Shown piece after piece: positions 48,974 to 62,544 of a stretch of DNA of 64,000 nucleotides (position 1 is its first letter; the number at the start of each line of letters is the position of its first letter). Source of the stretch: Squalus acanthias (taxonomy: Eukaryota). The notes beneath the pieces were generated by a model. That model was given only the letters and a program-made list of their open reading frames with translations, was not told the DNA's origin and did no database searches. The position numbers and the translations under genes are program-made. The DNA lies in NCBI GenBank assembly GCA_030390025.1, contig CM059429.1, forward strand, positions 54,746,001 to 54,810,000. The letters run 5' to 3'.

Positions 48974-51900
48974 TGTATTTAATAACTAGTTGTATAGCAT
49001 TTATATAAACAATATTTAAACATACATATCATGTTGGGTTTTTATTCGGGCGGATCTTAGTTTTTAATTTCTAGGTATGACTGATGAGCCACTTCTGTTG
49101 CTTCCAATGATTCGCTTGTGTCTATGTTGATCACCTGTATGATTAGATTCAGAGCATTATTGCTGATGGTGACATAAGATCTGTACAGTTTGTAGTTTAA
49201 ACATCTGTAAACTGTTTAGATTATAATATAATTAAACCCGTTCAGGAATCACGTGATTGCATTTGACCAATTGCATTATCTATGATCAGTATTGCGTTTG
49301 GATAATACTTGTAATATAATGGTTTTGTGGTTTTTCTATGAATTAAGAGTGTGCTATCATTACTATATTTAAATTTCTTTGAACACAGCAAGATATTAAT
49401 TCAAGGTCCTTTTAAAGGGTCTGGTAATTGAGGAATATCATGCAGTATTTGTGTATTTTTAGGCAAGTCAGGAAGAAAGGCTCCTTTTTTAAAACAAAAA
49501 CAAGTTCTATCAACATAAAACAAAGCATAAATATCAACCAGTGAGAGACCAGGGAAGATATATTAAATGCATGACAGCAATTTTCTCTTAAGATTTTACC
49601 TTCCTGCTATCTAACACTAAAACCAAAACTCTGTTGGTTGAAGAATGTATGTTGCAATAAAAAATAGATCAGTATCTATGAAGCCCTTAAGGGAAAACAC
49701 TGGCAGAACCTTTAAAATGGTATTACTACCTTATTCAGTTCTGTTCTTTTGACAGTGATCTGAGGTCAGGCCACTGTTGATATCTTTGAGCTGTTCAAGT
49801 AAGTTAGGCATCCATTGTTGTAAAAATACAGAAAACTTTAACAGTTATGTTGAATGCAGACTGCATACTTAATAGATACTATGCAGAAGAGACTGTGTAG
49901 CAAGGCCATTACTATTGTATAACTAAAGCAGTTTGATCTAATGTTGTCATAGTGAAGTTCTAAGAATGTCTTCAACAAAAAGCACTGAATCTAATAAAAA
50001 CTGCATAAAGAGACGTGCTGTCCCAGTTGTTTATATACCATTGTATGTTTTTGGAAGTCTGAATAAAAGCAAGCAAGTCAGAAAGAAAATGACTAAAAAG
50101 ATGTCGCTTTCAAATATATTTTAAGACTTCAGTTTGCAGTTTAAAAATGTAGTGGCTTTAGTAACTTGACATTTTTCCTTTTTTGAAATAATTTTCATAT
50201 CCCAGCTTCATTTAAGCAAGTTCATTACATAGTTTGTTATAAATGAAAAATAGTTTAGCTGAAATGTAATTAGTTATACTTGTGGAAGACAAATCTGTGA
50301 AATCTGAAATTAGTTTCAAATCATTGATTAGCATACTCCTGTTTTAAGGAAGATCAAATAAATCAAACCAACCTTTTGGTTTTGTTCTACAACTTGTAAG
50401 CTTCCTAAACCCCCTCAATTTTACTACCTGTTTTAAAACTGCATTTTTTTCATTTACTTGTCAGTGCTAAATATAAATTTCTTTCTTTCTTGAAAGATTT
50501 TATTTTATTTTATGGTCATAATTTCCCAATTAAAAATAAAATGTAAGTATAATTTCAGGTGGACAGTTGTGCACATAACTGCCATAATAATAATTTCTGC
50601 TTATTTGAAATTTACAGTCACATCCTGTAATGTGATGTAATATACTGTTTATTTCTGCAGCATACTCACATTTCTGTTCGATTTTATAATTGAATTCAAT
50701 GAAAACATTTCATTCAGTGAGTGATTACATTAAGTGCTAAATTAGATTGTGTTTGTTATTATTAATGCCTGTAATAAGAAAAGAGTCAGGTATAGTTGGT
50801 AATAATTAATGAGCTAGTTTTGGTGCATTATAACTGCCATGTTGTTAGTCTCTAACACTGAGGAGCTATCAGCATATTTTTCCTTTCATGTGCTGACTGG
50901 TTTATTGTAACTGAGAAAAAAAAATACTGAATCGACCATATACTATTGAATTAACATTTTAAGCAAAGGTAGACATTACTGGGCTTCTAGCCTGATAATA
51001 TTGTTTGGACTGAACATGGCTGTTAAATGCCATTTAATATGCATGTGTTGTATTGAAAATATACTGGTGTGCTATGCATTTCCAGTATTACTGTGATGGT
51101 ATCGTGACGAGTTTAATAGTTTAAAAAAATATATATATATATACAACTCTAATCAATGTCGGCATTATGTTGCTGACATTGTAATTCAATTTGTTTTCTC
51201 CTAGGGGAAACATAGCACCTGAAAAAAGAGGAAAAAATTATAAAGTTGAGCTTTTTTTTAAATGACCAGGCATCCAAAATCTGAATTGCTTAGAATTTGC
51301 AATTGACTAATCACACAAGAATTTCAGTATGTTGTGTTCCCAGAGAATGACGAAAGGAACAAGAACTAGCCAGCACCCCCTGTAACACTAATAGTAACTG
51401 ACAAAAACAATATCACTTCTGCCACACACAAGATCAAGTCTACTCCATTTGCTGCCACCATTGGGACACCCATGTTCCCTGCTGATGCAGTTATGAAATA
51501 TAAAATGTAATTTGACACTGGTTCTTTTGCTGGTGCTGCTACTCCTGCTTCTGATGTGGAATTTGATATGGTTAAACATTTGGTTTTAGCATGCAGCTAT
51601 GTTTGCACTGGTCAAACTAGTTCAGTGGAATTCTTTAACTCAGTTTCCTATACATCCTTTAATTACCTGTAATGTTTCTGTTCGGATTATCGGTGCTATT
51701 TCAAAGAATTATATCTAGGAATACTACTCATATATCACAGTCAATTTTTTTTTCAAAACTTGCAAGCAATATTTTAAACTGTTTCTGAAATGTTAATGTA
51801 CTAGAAAATATCATTATTTGGTATCAGCACCTTCGAGTATAGTTATGCTTGGAATTTCCCGATGAAAACCTACCCGTTTTCAGGTGGTTATGAAGCATAA

Positions 51901-52479
51901 AATGGGGTGATGTGGTTTACCGTCATAATTATACCCCAAAACATGGCCACCAAAACTGTCAACTGACAAGCTGGTCTGTTGCTATTGCTGCCTGCCTGGA
52001 ATCCACCCTGCCCATTGTAAATGGGGTGGGGGCGGGGCAGGGGAGGAGGGGTGGTGTCGGCGGGTGGGCATAGCTGATATTCCTACACCATCTCCCCAAT
52101 TTTCACCCCGAACCTGACCTCCCAGAGAACCATCACTATTTGAGTGGTGGTATGAGCAGCACAGTGCTATCCCAGAGGTGGACACTGCATTGAGGAGGCC
52201 ATTTGGATTTTGTGACTGAAGTTTGCAGGAACATTGCCTTCACAGTGATTTTTTGGTTGGTTCTTGCTTTGAAACTGCTCTCAAGACTTCTCCTGATGGG
52301 TTTTGTGCATACTTGAGAAAATACATTTCTGGACTGGGGAAATAGATTTCCCAATTGGAATCCGTTGATTCCTATGCTATGAAGAGGAGGAGGATATGAA
52401 AGAGACTAGATTGGGGGCTCTTGGAGTGAGGCATCACAGAAGACATTTGTTTCCAACATGTCAATACTCACTCTACATG

Positions 52480-53226
52480 GGCCCAACATTTGCAATCGAA
52501 GGCTTCCTGTGGGCGGACGCCTCCGACCTGTAAAATATCTACACATTTACCTGGTGGCCCGGGAGGTATGGAGACTTGCAATCCTGGGCCTCTCCGGGTA
52601 CGCGCGGGCAGAGGCCCGTGTATCCCAGGGGCGCATGAGGTTCGCAAGCGCCCCTGGGGTCACGTGGGCCGGCCCAACCAATAAAAGAAGAGAACCCCCA
52701 TCCGTACATACGGAACTCCCATAAGTATGAATGGGGATCACTTAAAAAATACACTAACACATGAAATAAATAAAATAAAAAATTGCATATTTAAAATTAA
52801 TGAAAATGCCATTTAATTAAATATTTTAAACAAAAATTTAACTTTTTGATTTTTTTATATGTTTTAACAGGGCTAAAAATAAACTTACCTTATTGGACAG
52901 GGTTTTTAATGTATAAATGAGTGATAAAATTTTATTTTTCTATTTTTTAAAACTCTTATGCTGGTAAAAGCAGGCCTTACGCCGGCTTTTACTAGGCGTA
53001 AGAATTTCACAGGCATTCAGCAGGCAGAAGTTGGGCAAATAGCGCAACTCTCCACCCGCAGAGGCCCATCTCCTGGGAATATGGAGGATCTGTCAAGAAG
53101 ATTCTTGACATCGCAAGTTCCGGGTTTTAGTGCATGCGCTTCGCATGCCTAAACCCGGCACTTGCCCGGCCCTGACGGGTGCGTGCGCATCTCGTATGCA
53201 CCCGTAGGGGTTGCAAAATACGGCCC
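52480..53226. mobile_element. Harbinger-type MITE (same family as 61100-61995)
   Basis: 16-bp imperfect TIRs, ATG TSD, GC-rich arms with AT-rich centre. Confidence 0.8.
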
Positions 53227-53559
53227 ATGCTATCTAAACCTAGAAGGTCTTATTTAGATTTTTCTGACCGTCAATGTCTCAGAACACTGCGCTTCCCCCT
53301 GGAGGCTATCGGGAAGTTATACCAGCTGCTGGATGAAGACCTGAAGTCCACAACCACCAAGAGAACAATTAAGTCTTTAGCAGTGCAAATGGCAACTGCC
53401 TTGAATTGCTTTACCACTGGGTCTTTCCAGGCAACCTCGGATGACCTTTGTCACATTAGTCAGGCAGTAGCAGAACATTTTATTCAGGGGGGGGGCCTTG
53501 CACTTCATAAACTTCTCAATAGAATAGGAAAAATAAAGAGATTGAGCAGTCCAGTTCTA

Positions 53560-53822
53560 TAGATAGACACAGGTGAGTGGGACTTGGCGCAGGATAGGAT
53601 ATGGGCACCAGAGTATAGGATGAACTGAAGTTTCTGGAGGGTGGAGGATGGGAGACTAGCCAGGATAGCATTGGAATAGTTGAGTCTGGAGGTGGCAAAA
53701 GTATCAATGAGGGTTTTGGCAACAGATGGAGGGGTAGAGACAGGCGATGTTACAGAAGTGGAATTAGGCAGTCTTTGTATTGGACAGGATATGGAAGCTC
53801 TGCTTGGGGTCAAATAAGATGC
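53560..53822 (-). mobile_element. L2 fragment
   Basis: TSRLNYSNAILASLP. Confidence 0.75.
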
Positions 53823-55835
53823 ACAGAAGTATTAATCCATTGCATGATTCTGATGCCTCCAGGAACTGACTCCCTTTAAACACCTATCCATCCAGAGTAG
53901 TGTACCCTCTCATAGCCGGCAGTGTGCGTTTAGATAATGGTATGTAGTAACAAGGTGGCAAAGCTTCCCTCTGAACTGTGACGGTCTCCCTTCCATCGAG
54001 TTAATGACACTCAGAGACTGGTCAACGGGAAAGTCATGACCTTTACAAGAGTTAGAGGCTGTGCATGGGGAATAGTGCTTGCACTTACCTTGGCCAACCT
54101 TGGGAAGTCATTAAATCTGTTGCTGCATTGCTTGTCAGTTCTGAGGGTGGTGGGGGTTGCACTGTCTGCCTCAGCAATCTCCCTCCATAATGTTTGCACC
54201 ACCCTTGTATGTGATTTCCTGTTCTCAGTACCCAATAAACTGTTCCTCTTTGCTCTTATTTCTGCTAGTAACACATCAGTAGATGGATCAGAAAACCTTG
54301 GAGCCTACCTGAGAGTGATTCTACCCCACCCCCCCGGATGCAGATTCTTCCTCAATTATTGTTGCTCTTTTCCGCTGCTCCATGCACAGAAGAAAGTGTG
54401 GCCCTTTAATAAGATGCAGTGTTTTAAACACTGCAGCAGGACTCTATTCATCCCTCCCAGCGGCAGTGACCAATGGTTTTACCACTGCCATCCTGCACAG
54501 CATCAGTAATTAGGCCCTTCTTCGGAAAGTTAACCAGTTTGGTCACTGACTCACACGGGCAGGTGTAAGTCCCACCCTAAAACTAACAGGAAGTGAATCC
54601 AGCCCTTATTCTCACAATGTTTTACCTCTGGGGAAGTCACTGCTCTTTACTTCCAGCTTTGCTCAGTGCCCTAATTAATTTGTTTAATATCCATAAGTGG
54701 AAAAGTATTAAATTATATGAATTGTTTCTCATGGAAGATCATTCTTACAGTGAAGAATGAACATTTGAAATGATTAAATGTTAACTTGCATAATTCCCTA
54801 CATCTATGGGGTTCAAATGATGGGTTTACTGGTTTCCTTATCACAATGTCTCAGAAATCACTCAACATTGTATCTCTCATATAATTTTAATGTTTTGTTG
54901 AGGGAGTTCTCTGTTAATTGAGGGTATAATTTTGGGACTCCCTAATTTGCTGTAGGACTGTGCATTGTCAGCTGAATAATTCTTAGTACGTTCAGAGACT
55001 GCACTCTATACCCAAGCACTCCCTCAACAAGTGTTAGAACATTCTTGTACACCACTATGGTACTGAGAGTCTCTGCACTCACCATGGCCAAACAATGGAA
55101 AAAAAATAACAATCTTCGCACTACCGCCAGCCTGGGTAAATAGGAAAAACACATTTTGACCCCACAAATATTGAGACGGAGTCTGTGGGTTGCTTAGCAA
55201 CACAACACACAGCCAATTACACTGAGGCTGTGTGCTCCCTTTGTTGCTTCAGATTAAGGACACAGGTCTCAGCACTTTGAGCCTGTGTCTTGCACTTACA
55301 ACTGTCACTCCTAACCAATCAGGAATAACAGTGATTTAGAAATTCCTCGTTGCTTTGTTATTCAAAGTTTATTATGAGCGCTGTTTAGAATTTAGAGGTT
55401 TGAGTGTGGCTCATCATTTCAGCAAGCTAGCTCCATAACAGATGTTTGCTGATTCAATTCGAAAGCTTAATAGTGACACAAATGTTGTCTTTTGCAGCTT
55501 AATATTAGTAATAAGTACTCTGTTTTATGTATACTTTAAACTAGTAGATATCCAACATTGTTGCTCACAGTGTTTCAGAAGATTCGTTGTTTTACCAGCG
55601 TGTTTTTACTATGCAGGGGATAACATCAAGGCTACTTGATTTACAGTGACTGAATAAGTCAAATTCCATTTGTATTAAATGGTATTACAGGATTTTGGGG
55701 TTTGAATCCCACAACTCTGTCCTATATACTGTGAAAACTGAAAATGAATGGCCTTGTGTGTGTATATACCTTTACTTATGTGTTTAATTTTCTCCCTTAA
55801 CATTTTTAAAGCTGAGCATACACAGCATGATGGTA

Positions 55836-56162
55836 CAGGTTGAGCGTCCCGAATCCGGCAACCTCGGGACCGAGGCCGAGCCAGTTTTCGGGTTTTTTCG
55901 GACTTCGGAATGTGTTTCTGATGTCCGAAGTCCGGAAACGCCCGAGCCCAGGTTGCGATATTTCCGGACTTCGGACATCAGAAACACGTGCCGAGTCCGG
56001 AAATGCCTGGGCCCAGGTTGCGCTATTTCCGGTTTTTGGTAAGCCTCCCTCAGGGTGTCCAGATTCCGGAACATTTTACGGATTCCGGACCCCTGCCACC
56101 AATCGTCCCGGAGTCCAGATTCTGGAACATTCTGGAACTCCGGATTTGGGACGCTCAACCTG
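55836..56162. mobile_element. Tc1/mariner (pogo/Tigger-like) MITE
   Basis: 23-bp TIRs CAGGTTGAGCGTCCC(G/A)AATCCGG; TA TSDs; CpG-rich. Confidence 0.9.
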
Positions 56163-56970
56163 TATACAAGCTGCATGAATTGAAGATAGATATCTTGGAT
56201 TCAAATTTACGTGGCCATTCCAGTAACTTCGGTGGGAGTCTGGTAAAATACCTGGAAACTCTACCTCGACCTGGATTGGCTTGGTCCAGGCGTCACATCG
56301 GAGTTTCCAATGGCCTTGTTTCAGGACGCAGCCTCTGCTTGCCTCAAACAAAGCCACTGACTTGGATGGGGATTTCCTACGCTGTGAGTTCCAGCTTCCT
56401 TGGCTGTAATGGGACACACAAGGCCAGGCCAATGCAGCAAGTCAGGTGAAGCTTGCCTACCAGTCTCCAGAAGGGCACAAGTAGGCCCCACCTGGGGGGG
56501 TCAGACCAAGGTTGGGGCCTTCACTCTGGAAGAAACGGTAAGTTTTCTTTCAAAAAAATGTAATTACTGGTCCCCTGGCAAAAAGGGCTAGAAGGGCCAC
56601 AGACACGCTTTTACTGGATAATAGAAGATGCCAGCGTTTCTAGCAGTATTGGCCTGGAAGGTGCCTGAGATGCGCCCATAGTGGAGCAGGCACCCGCTAG
56701 CCACCTACAAGTGAGGTGCCCTCCAAGTGACCCTGTATACTCTGGCAGGGTCAGTGCTGGAGGACACCAGTGGGTGCAATCCCATTGTAACTGCCAACAC
56801 CATGGTCCGTTTAAATTTGAGGCCTTTGTATTTGTATTTAGGAGGGGGCGAATAGGATTCAACTGCGCTTGGGGGCAGTCTTATGCTTTGGTAGCATTGC
56901 GGGAAGGTCATGGGCTTCCAGAACACTTGGGGAAATGGTCCCAGGGCTTCGCAGAACTTGCGTGGTGTCC

Positions 56971-57188
56971 TGGAATTTTACAGTATTGCAGTGGGTCTGT
57001 TGGAATTTTACAGTATTGCAGTGGGTCTGTTGGAATTTTACAGTATTGCAGTGGGTCTGTTGGAATTTTACAGTATTGCAGTGGGTCTGTTGGAATTTTA
57101 CAGTATTGCAGTGGGTCTGTTGGAATTTTACAGTATTGCAGTGGGTCTGTTGGAATTTTACAGTATTGCAGTGGGTCTGTTGGAATTT
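56971..57188. repeat. 30-bp minisatellite, 7 perfect copies plus partial
   Basis: unit TGGAATTTTACAGTATTGCAGTGGGTCTGT. Confidence 0.97.
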
Positions 57189-58370
57189 GGCAGAATTGTT
57201 GGATGGGGGGGGCGGCGGGGGGTACTTTGATCTGGCATCACTGTGGAGGAGGAAACTAGGGTTTAGTGGAACTGTGGAAGGCAGCCCTAAGTGATATCCG
57301 TCAGCAGGGAGGGGAGCACCTGGGGATGGCCCTGACAGCACTGGGTGGGAGATCCCATTATCTGGCAGCACTGGTTTGTGACATTTCTTAGGGGCCTCTG
57401 TGAATATTGAATTTGCTATTTTGTGATAGGTTCTGGACTTGCATCATTGTGTCTGTCTGTATCTGTATATCATTGTCTCTCTCACACAACTGTAAGAAAT
57501 GTAAACAGTTTAATTACCATCAACAAAAACAGGTGATAAATGGAGCTTTTGTTTGGGGATAAAAGATTAAATTAAAAATGAGGAAAAACATTCTAAGGGC
57601 AAGTTTAACTCTCTACGCCTGGCAGAAACCGAGCTCGATATCAGTGCACATTTCAGGTTTTTTTTCCAATACTATTCACTTTATTCTTCGTTTAAAACAT
57701 GTTGAAGTTTGTATAAACTATCCTGACATATGTTGGCTTTTTTAGATCCTCAACAAATTTTTCAACAGAAAGCTATAGTGACAAATATGTTCATTATAAC
57801 TTCATTATGGAGCTATTGAAATAAGTGGAAATGTTTATTTGGTGTTTGACATCTCATTCTGTTGAAGTATATAGTGTGCTGACTTAATAGTGAATTATCA
57901 TTCTCCTTCCCTCTGATTGTAAAAAATATGCTTTTTTCCTGTTTACCAACATAACAGTCAGTGCACTACAATGGTAATTAATTTTCATGTGAATGTGAAT
58001 ATTAATTTTAGGATTCACTAATATTTGCATTATCAGTGTAGAACAATGTCTTGCAAATAGCCTGTCAGCAATACTTTCTATAAGGAAAACTTTTTATTTC
58101 TCGATAATTGCTGTTAATGATCTAATTTCTCCACTAATTTAGCCAACCATTGGCTGACCTGATGACTAATATTTGTTTATCTTTCTTTGCTCTATTCACA
58201 AGTAGAAAAACTCAAAATGTATTACTGTATTAGAAGCCAGAGCTTTCCACTTAAACACAGTTTCTTATCACTATTACATTTAATAAACATATAAATCAAA
58301 TGAAGCTGATTGAGCTAACGAATAATTTTGTCCATACCTTTACAAAAAGTTTTTCTTCTCTTTTCCCAAG

Positions 58371-58446
58371 GGAACATCAGACGTCTTCCTTCTTCAGCAA
58401 GTTTCAAAGATCAGCTGTCCCGTTCCTGTTCTGAACTAGCTGTCCA
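58371..58446 (+). CDS. putative internal exon of unidentified host gene
   Basis: acceptor ttttcttctcttttcccaag, donor CA|GTAAGT; open frame NIRRLPSSASFKDQLSRSCSELAV; phase matches next exon. Confidence 0.65.
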
Positions 58447-59099
58447 GTAAGTGTTGTAACTCACCAACTATAACTGCTTTATTGTTTTTAATATAAAATG
58501 CTTAAATGCATAGAATGAATATCAAAATATGACAGAATTATAATGGATTAAAACATCAAATTAATTGTAAATAATAATTATTGTTCCCCAAATTAGTGTT
58601 ATATATTATATCGTAGAAATGCTGAGTGTTGGCAGCATTTCAAACATAATGAATTTGTGGGCATAATGTTATGTGACAGGATGAATTGGAAACTGGTCCT
58701 TGGTTTACATTTATGTGAAGGATGAAGAATACGTTAGAAAAAATGGAGAATATATAAAGTATATATAAACAAAGTAAATTTTATGTGAGGATAAAAGTGA
58801 ATGAACTAAAGACAACACCGTTAAGATGATGAGAAAACAGGAAACACAGCTGCAGCACCCCCAAAAAACGAAGAGCTTTGATAAATAAAATCAACCTGGC
58901 CACGAAAAGTAAAAATTATCACTGCCAAAGCAGAAAGCTGTGGCTGGCACCCGCCCAGACAGAAATATCTGGCCAGCCAATCCCCCACAGCTCAGGCAAG
59001 TTTAACTCCCAGGCCTCTTTCTAATGAGGTAAAATTCAAACTCAGAAACCCTTAGCCAAGATGTTTGAGAGGACTGTTAAAGTGGGGGATATTGGAGGA

Positions 59100-59700
59100 G
59101 GAATTCATATGAAGCAGTGGGTGATGAGTTGGTAGTGAACCGCTCTTGCTACCAGCTGCTGTTGTTCCACTGGCTTGCCTTCAAGATCCCCTTCGTCTGA
59201 AGCTAACAGGTCTTGCTGCTGCTCTGTCTGAAGTGGCAGGCCACATTGTAAGGTGAAATTATGCAAGATACAGCTTGACACCACCATGTACGACACTCTG
59301 ATGGATCCCCAGAACTGTACAAGCATCTGAAGAGCTTTTTCAGTATGCCAATATCCTGCTGTATGATGGCTCTATGCTGCCATGACCCTGGTTAGATCTT
59401 GGTTCAGTGGGTGAATGAGGGTGCCTTAAGGCATCATCCCCAACAGCAGTATGTGCACTGGAATTATTTGCATTTTAATGGAATGAAACCTCTTTCGGTT
59501 GAATTATGCTGCCAGCTCTTAGGTGCCTTGATGACTACAGATGTGCAGTCTATTACTGCCTGGGCTTGGGGAAAGCCCATTATGACTGCAATGCCAATAG
59601 CCTGCTTATGCTGACTCCTGCTGTCCATTAGGAAGGAGATGAATTATTTCTCTTTCCAGCATGTAACTAGCAAAACTTGCAACATTGGATCAAAATAGAC
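59100..59700 (-). pseudogene. decayed Harbinger transposase fragment
   Basis: VVSSCILHNF and acidic-tail remnant in ORF 59105-59326. Confidence 0.55.
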
Positions 59701-59802
59701 TTGGTACAGAAATCTGAACCGCAGTTATTTTTTTAAAACTCCTTATATGTTTTGATGGGGTTTAAAGGGACAGGCACCCAGTCAAACCTAGACAAAATTA
59801 CT

Positions 59803-60548
59803 GGCCCAGAAATTACTGCAAAAATAACGGCGCTCACTGTTATTTATGTGCAAATCAGACAACAACTTCAGGCGAGTGCAGATGCGTAGTTAAATGCGAA
59901 AATCCGGAAGTTGTGCAGCTCCTCCGTAAGCTATGCGAAAATGGCATCTCGCTGTCTGGCTCCCCATTCAAATATATTGAATGGCATGAAGTTCCTGTAC
60001 TGATGTCATAGATATGGACTAAACTGGCCACAGAAAGTTAGGCCTTGTCCATTTCTGTCTAAGTACCATTTTTAATGGCGTGATAAGTCTTAATTACTGC
60101 CAAACAACCTCCCTGGCACTGAAAATTAACTTTTACAAGTGTGGAGTCTCATTCCTTCAGATTTTAATTGCTGTTGGAGGTTTAAAATTTTTTAAATATT
60201 TTAAAAACTTCTTTCTGTCTCTTTTTTCTCTCTCGTAATCCAACCTTTCTTTCCCTCTCTTTATTTTGTTTTCAGTACCTGATTTGACATTGAATTCACT
60301 ATTCTAACTTACACTTTCTGGTTCAGACTCTGAGCTGTTCATTAAAATACTTCAATCTGGTTAAGGAGATACACAGTTGCTTTCCCTGTTCACATAGGTC
60401 TCAGATGCCCTGTAGAGGGCGCCACGCTGTTTGGATCTCCAACTTACAGCAACTTCCAGTGCAAAAATTCATGGAAATTAAATGGGCAAGTGCAAGTCTA
60501 ATGAACAGCGGGTGCCATTCGTTCTCCAGCTACAGTAAATTCTGGCCC
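59803..60548. mobile_element. Harbinger-type MITE
   Basis: GGCCCAGAAATTACTG / CAGTAAATTCTGGCCC; ACT TSD; a related half copy lies at ~62805-62958. Confidence 0.8.
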
Positions 60549-60722
60549 ACTATTATTTTCAATCTATATTGGGCAGTACCTTTACCCACTCGGCCATCTT
60601 AGAAGCTTATAAGCACTTTTAAAGCTCAGAATTTGTTCACTGGTAGTGGTTATTAAAATGGTTATGACACAATGTACTTTCTTGTTTTGACAAATTATAA
60701 TCTGTTTTAATTACATGTTTAG

Positions 60723-60831
60723 GCCTGAGTCTGAGGCAGTATTGGCAAACTGGGTCACCGAGGTATGCAAGATACAGAAACACAGTGGAGAATCACCGCT
60801 GTTCACCGAATGCCTGCTTTCACCCAGAAAG
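60723..60831 (+). CDS. putative internal exon of unidentified host gene
   Basis: tgtttag acceptor, AAG|GTAAAG donor; PESEAVLANWVTEVCKIQKHSGESPLFTECLLSPRK, in frame with 58371-58446. Confidence 0.65.
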
Positions 60832-61099
60832 GTAAAGATTACTAGCATGGTATTTAGCACATCAACTTTTATCAGACCAATGTAATAGATGTAATGACAT
60901 TTTGGAGTTGGGGACCACTATCTGAAGCAATTGGAAGCAGGGATAAAGTCTTTTACACAGGTATGTGCACAAAAAGCTGAGCTCAATGCTTGGAAGAATA
61001 ATAATTAAATTAGCATCTCAGAATTTAAAAGTGCAGATCAGGGTAGTGGGCTTTTCTTAGTCGTGAAAAGATGGTACCGTTGTTATGTCGAATCTTATT

Positions 61100-61995
61100 G
61101 GGCTGGAATTTGCAGTCGGAGGCGTACCTCCGGAGTACGCCTCCGACCCAATAAAAAAAAATCCGCACCTACCCACTGGCTCCCGGGCTTCGGAGACTTG
61201 GGTCCTGGGCCTGTATAAAAGCCCATGGATCCCAGGGATGCAGACGGTTCGGAAGAGTCCCTGGGATCATGTGGGCCAGGTCCTCCTATCCGATAGGAGG
61301 ATTCCTCATATGCTTATGGGGATTCCATTTATGAGATTTTTGAATATTAAGGGAATCAAGGGATATGGAGATAGTCCAGGAAGGTGGAGATGAGGTAGAA
61401 GATCAGCCATGATCTTAATGAATGGCGGAGCAGGCTCGAAGGGCCAAATGGCCGACTCCTGCTCCTATTTCTTATGTTCTTATGAACTGAATCCCCATAA
61501 GCATATGAGGAATCCCTAAATAATTAAATAATTTACATAACTGGAATAAAAATAAATGTTCTCATTTTCAAATGTAATTAAAAGTCCCTTTAATGAAGCA
61601 TTTACAATAAAAATTTAACTTTTTGAAAAATAATTTTAAACATTTTAATCCGGGCCAAAATTTACATAAACGAATTTTAAATGTTTGTGTATGATTTTTT
61701 TATTTTTACATTTTTAATTTAACATTTATATTAACCCTTATACTGGTTAAAGCAGGCCCTATGCCTGCTTTTACCAGGTGGTAGGGTTTCGTGGACATTT
61801 GCTGGGCAGTAGTTGGGCAAATAGCCCCACTCTGCACCAGCGAAAGTGATTTTTGGGTCAGTGCGGTAAATCTGTCAAGGCAAACCTTGACAGATCGCAG
61901 CGCTTGCAGAAACCCGGAACTTGCGGGGCCTTTTACAAGACTTATGACGGCGTACACTGTGCATACGTCGTCATGGGGAATGGAAAACCCAGGCC
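61100..61995. mobile_element. Harbinger-type MITE containing a CR1 3' tail (~61333-61485)
   Basis: ATT TSD; homologous to 52480-53226 (aagcaggcc..gttgggcaaatagc). Confidence 0.8.
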
Positions 61996-62544
61996 ATTAT
62001 CTTCCTCTTTAAAATTTTCTGTTGGGTTCTAAATGACCTTACTGTGACAGGACTACTTATAGAAACATTAAATAATTCTCAGAAATAAAATCTGCATTAT
62101 GGCCTTATTTAAATACATCATGGAGCATATTTTCCAGCCAGGGGAATCGATCTCACCAGTTTGGTACAAGGACAAAGAAATCAAGCGGACAACCCATTTG
62201 CTGGATCTCTGCTCAATTCGTGTGGCACGCAACCTTCTGGCTGCTCATTTAAGACTGTATAAAGTACTCTCTCAGAAAATGTACTAGAGCTTGATTTAAA
62301 TATTAAAATGTACTTTCAAATCTGTAAATAGACCCTGAATGGATGGGATTGGACTGTGCAATATGCTGAGCCATCAGTGAAATGGGAAGCTCTCTGCATG
62401 ATTTTATTTTTTGGTCAGAAGTGATTGACTTGCATGGAAGCCCATTGCCAATTTTAAGAATTTCCAATTTAAGCTATTGAGAAATCTACATCCACCTGTA
62501 GGTTGCTGTGGCAAAGAAGTTATGCTGAACTCAGCTGAAGTATC

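Larger units (their letters stand above)
52380..54605 (+). pseudogene. decayed Harbinger (transposase N-terminus 53228-53500 on +; Myb exon 1 ~54310-54088 on -)
   Basis: SYLDFSDRQCLRTLRF..ALNCFTTGSFQ; WREIA..QCSNRFND with GTAAG donor; right end aatccagccc. Confidence 0.75.

Noticed and set aside
51204-51300. Exon after strong acceptor ttgttttctcctag
   Set aside because: Stops in all three frames within ~65 nt and no donor nearby
56971-57188. Repeat-protein ORFs (GILQYCSGSV etc.) or CRISPR array
   Set aside because: Identical tandem units without spacers or synonymous variation; ORFs are by-products of a stop-free unit
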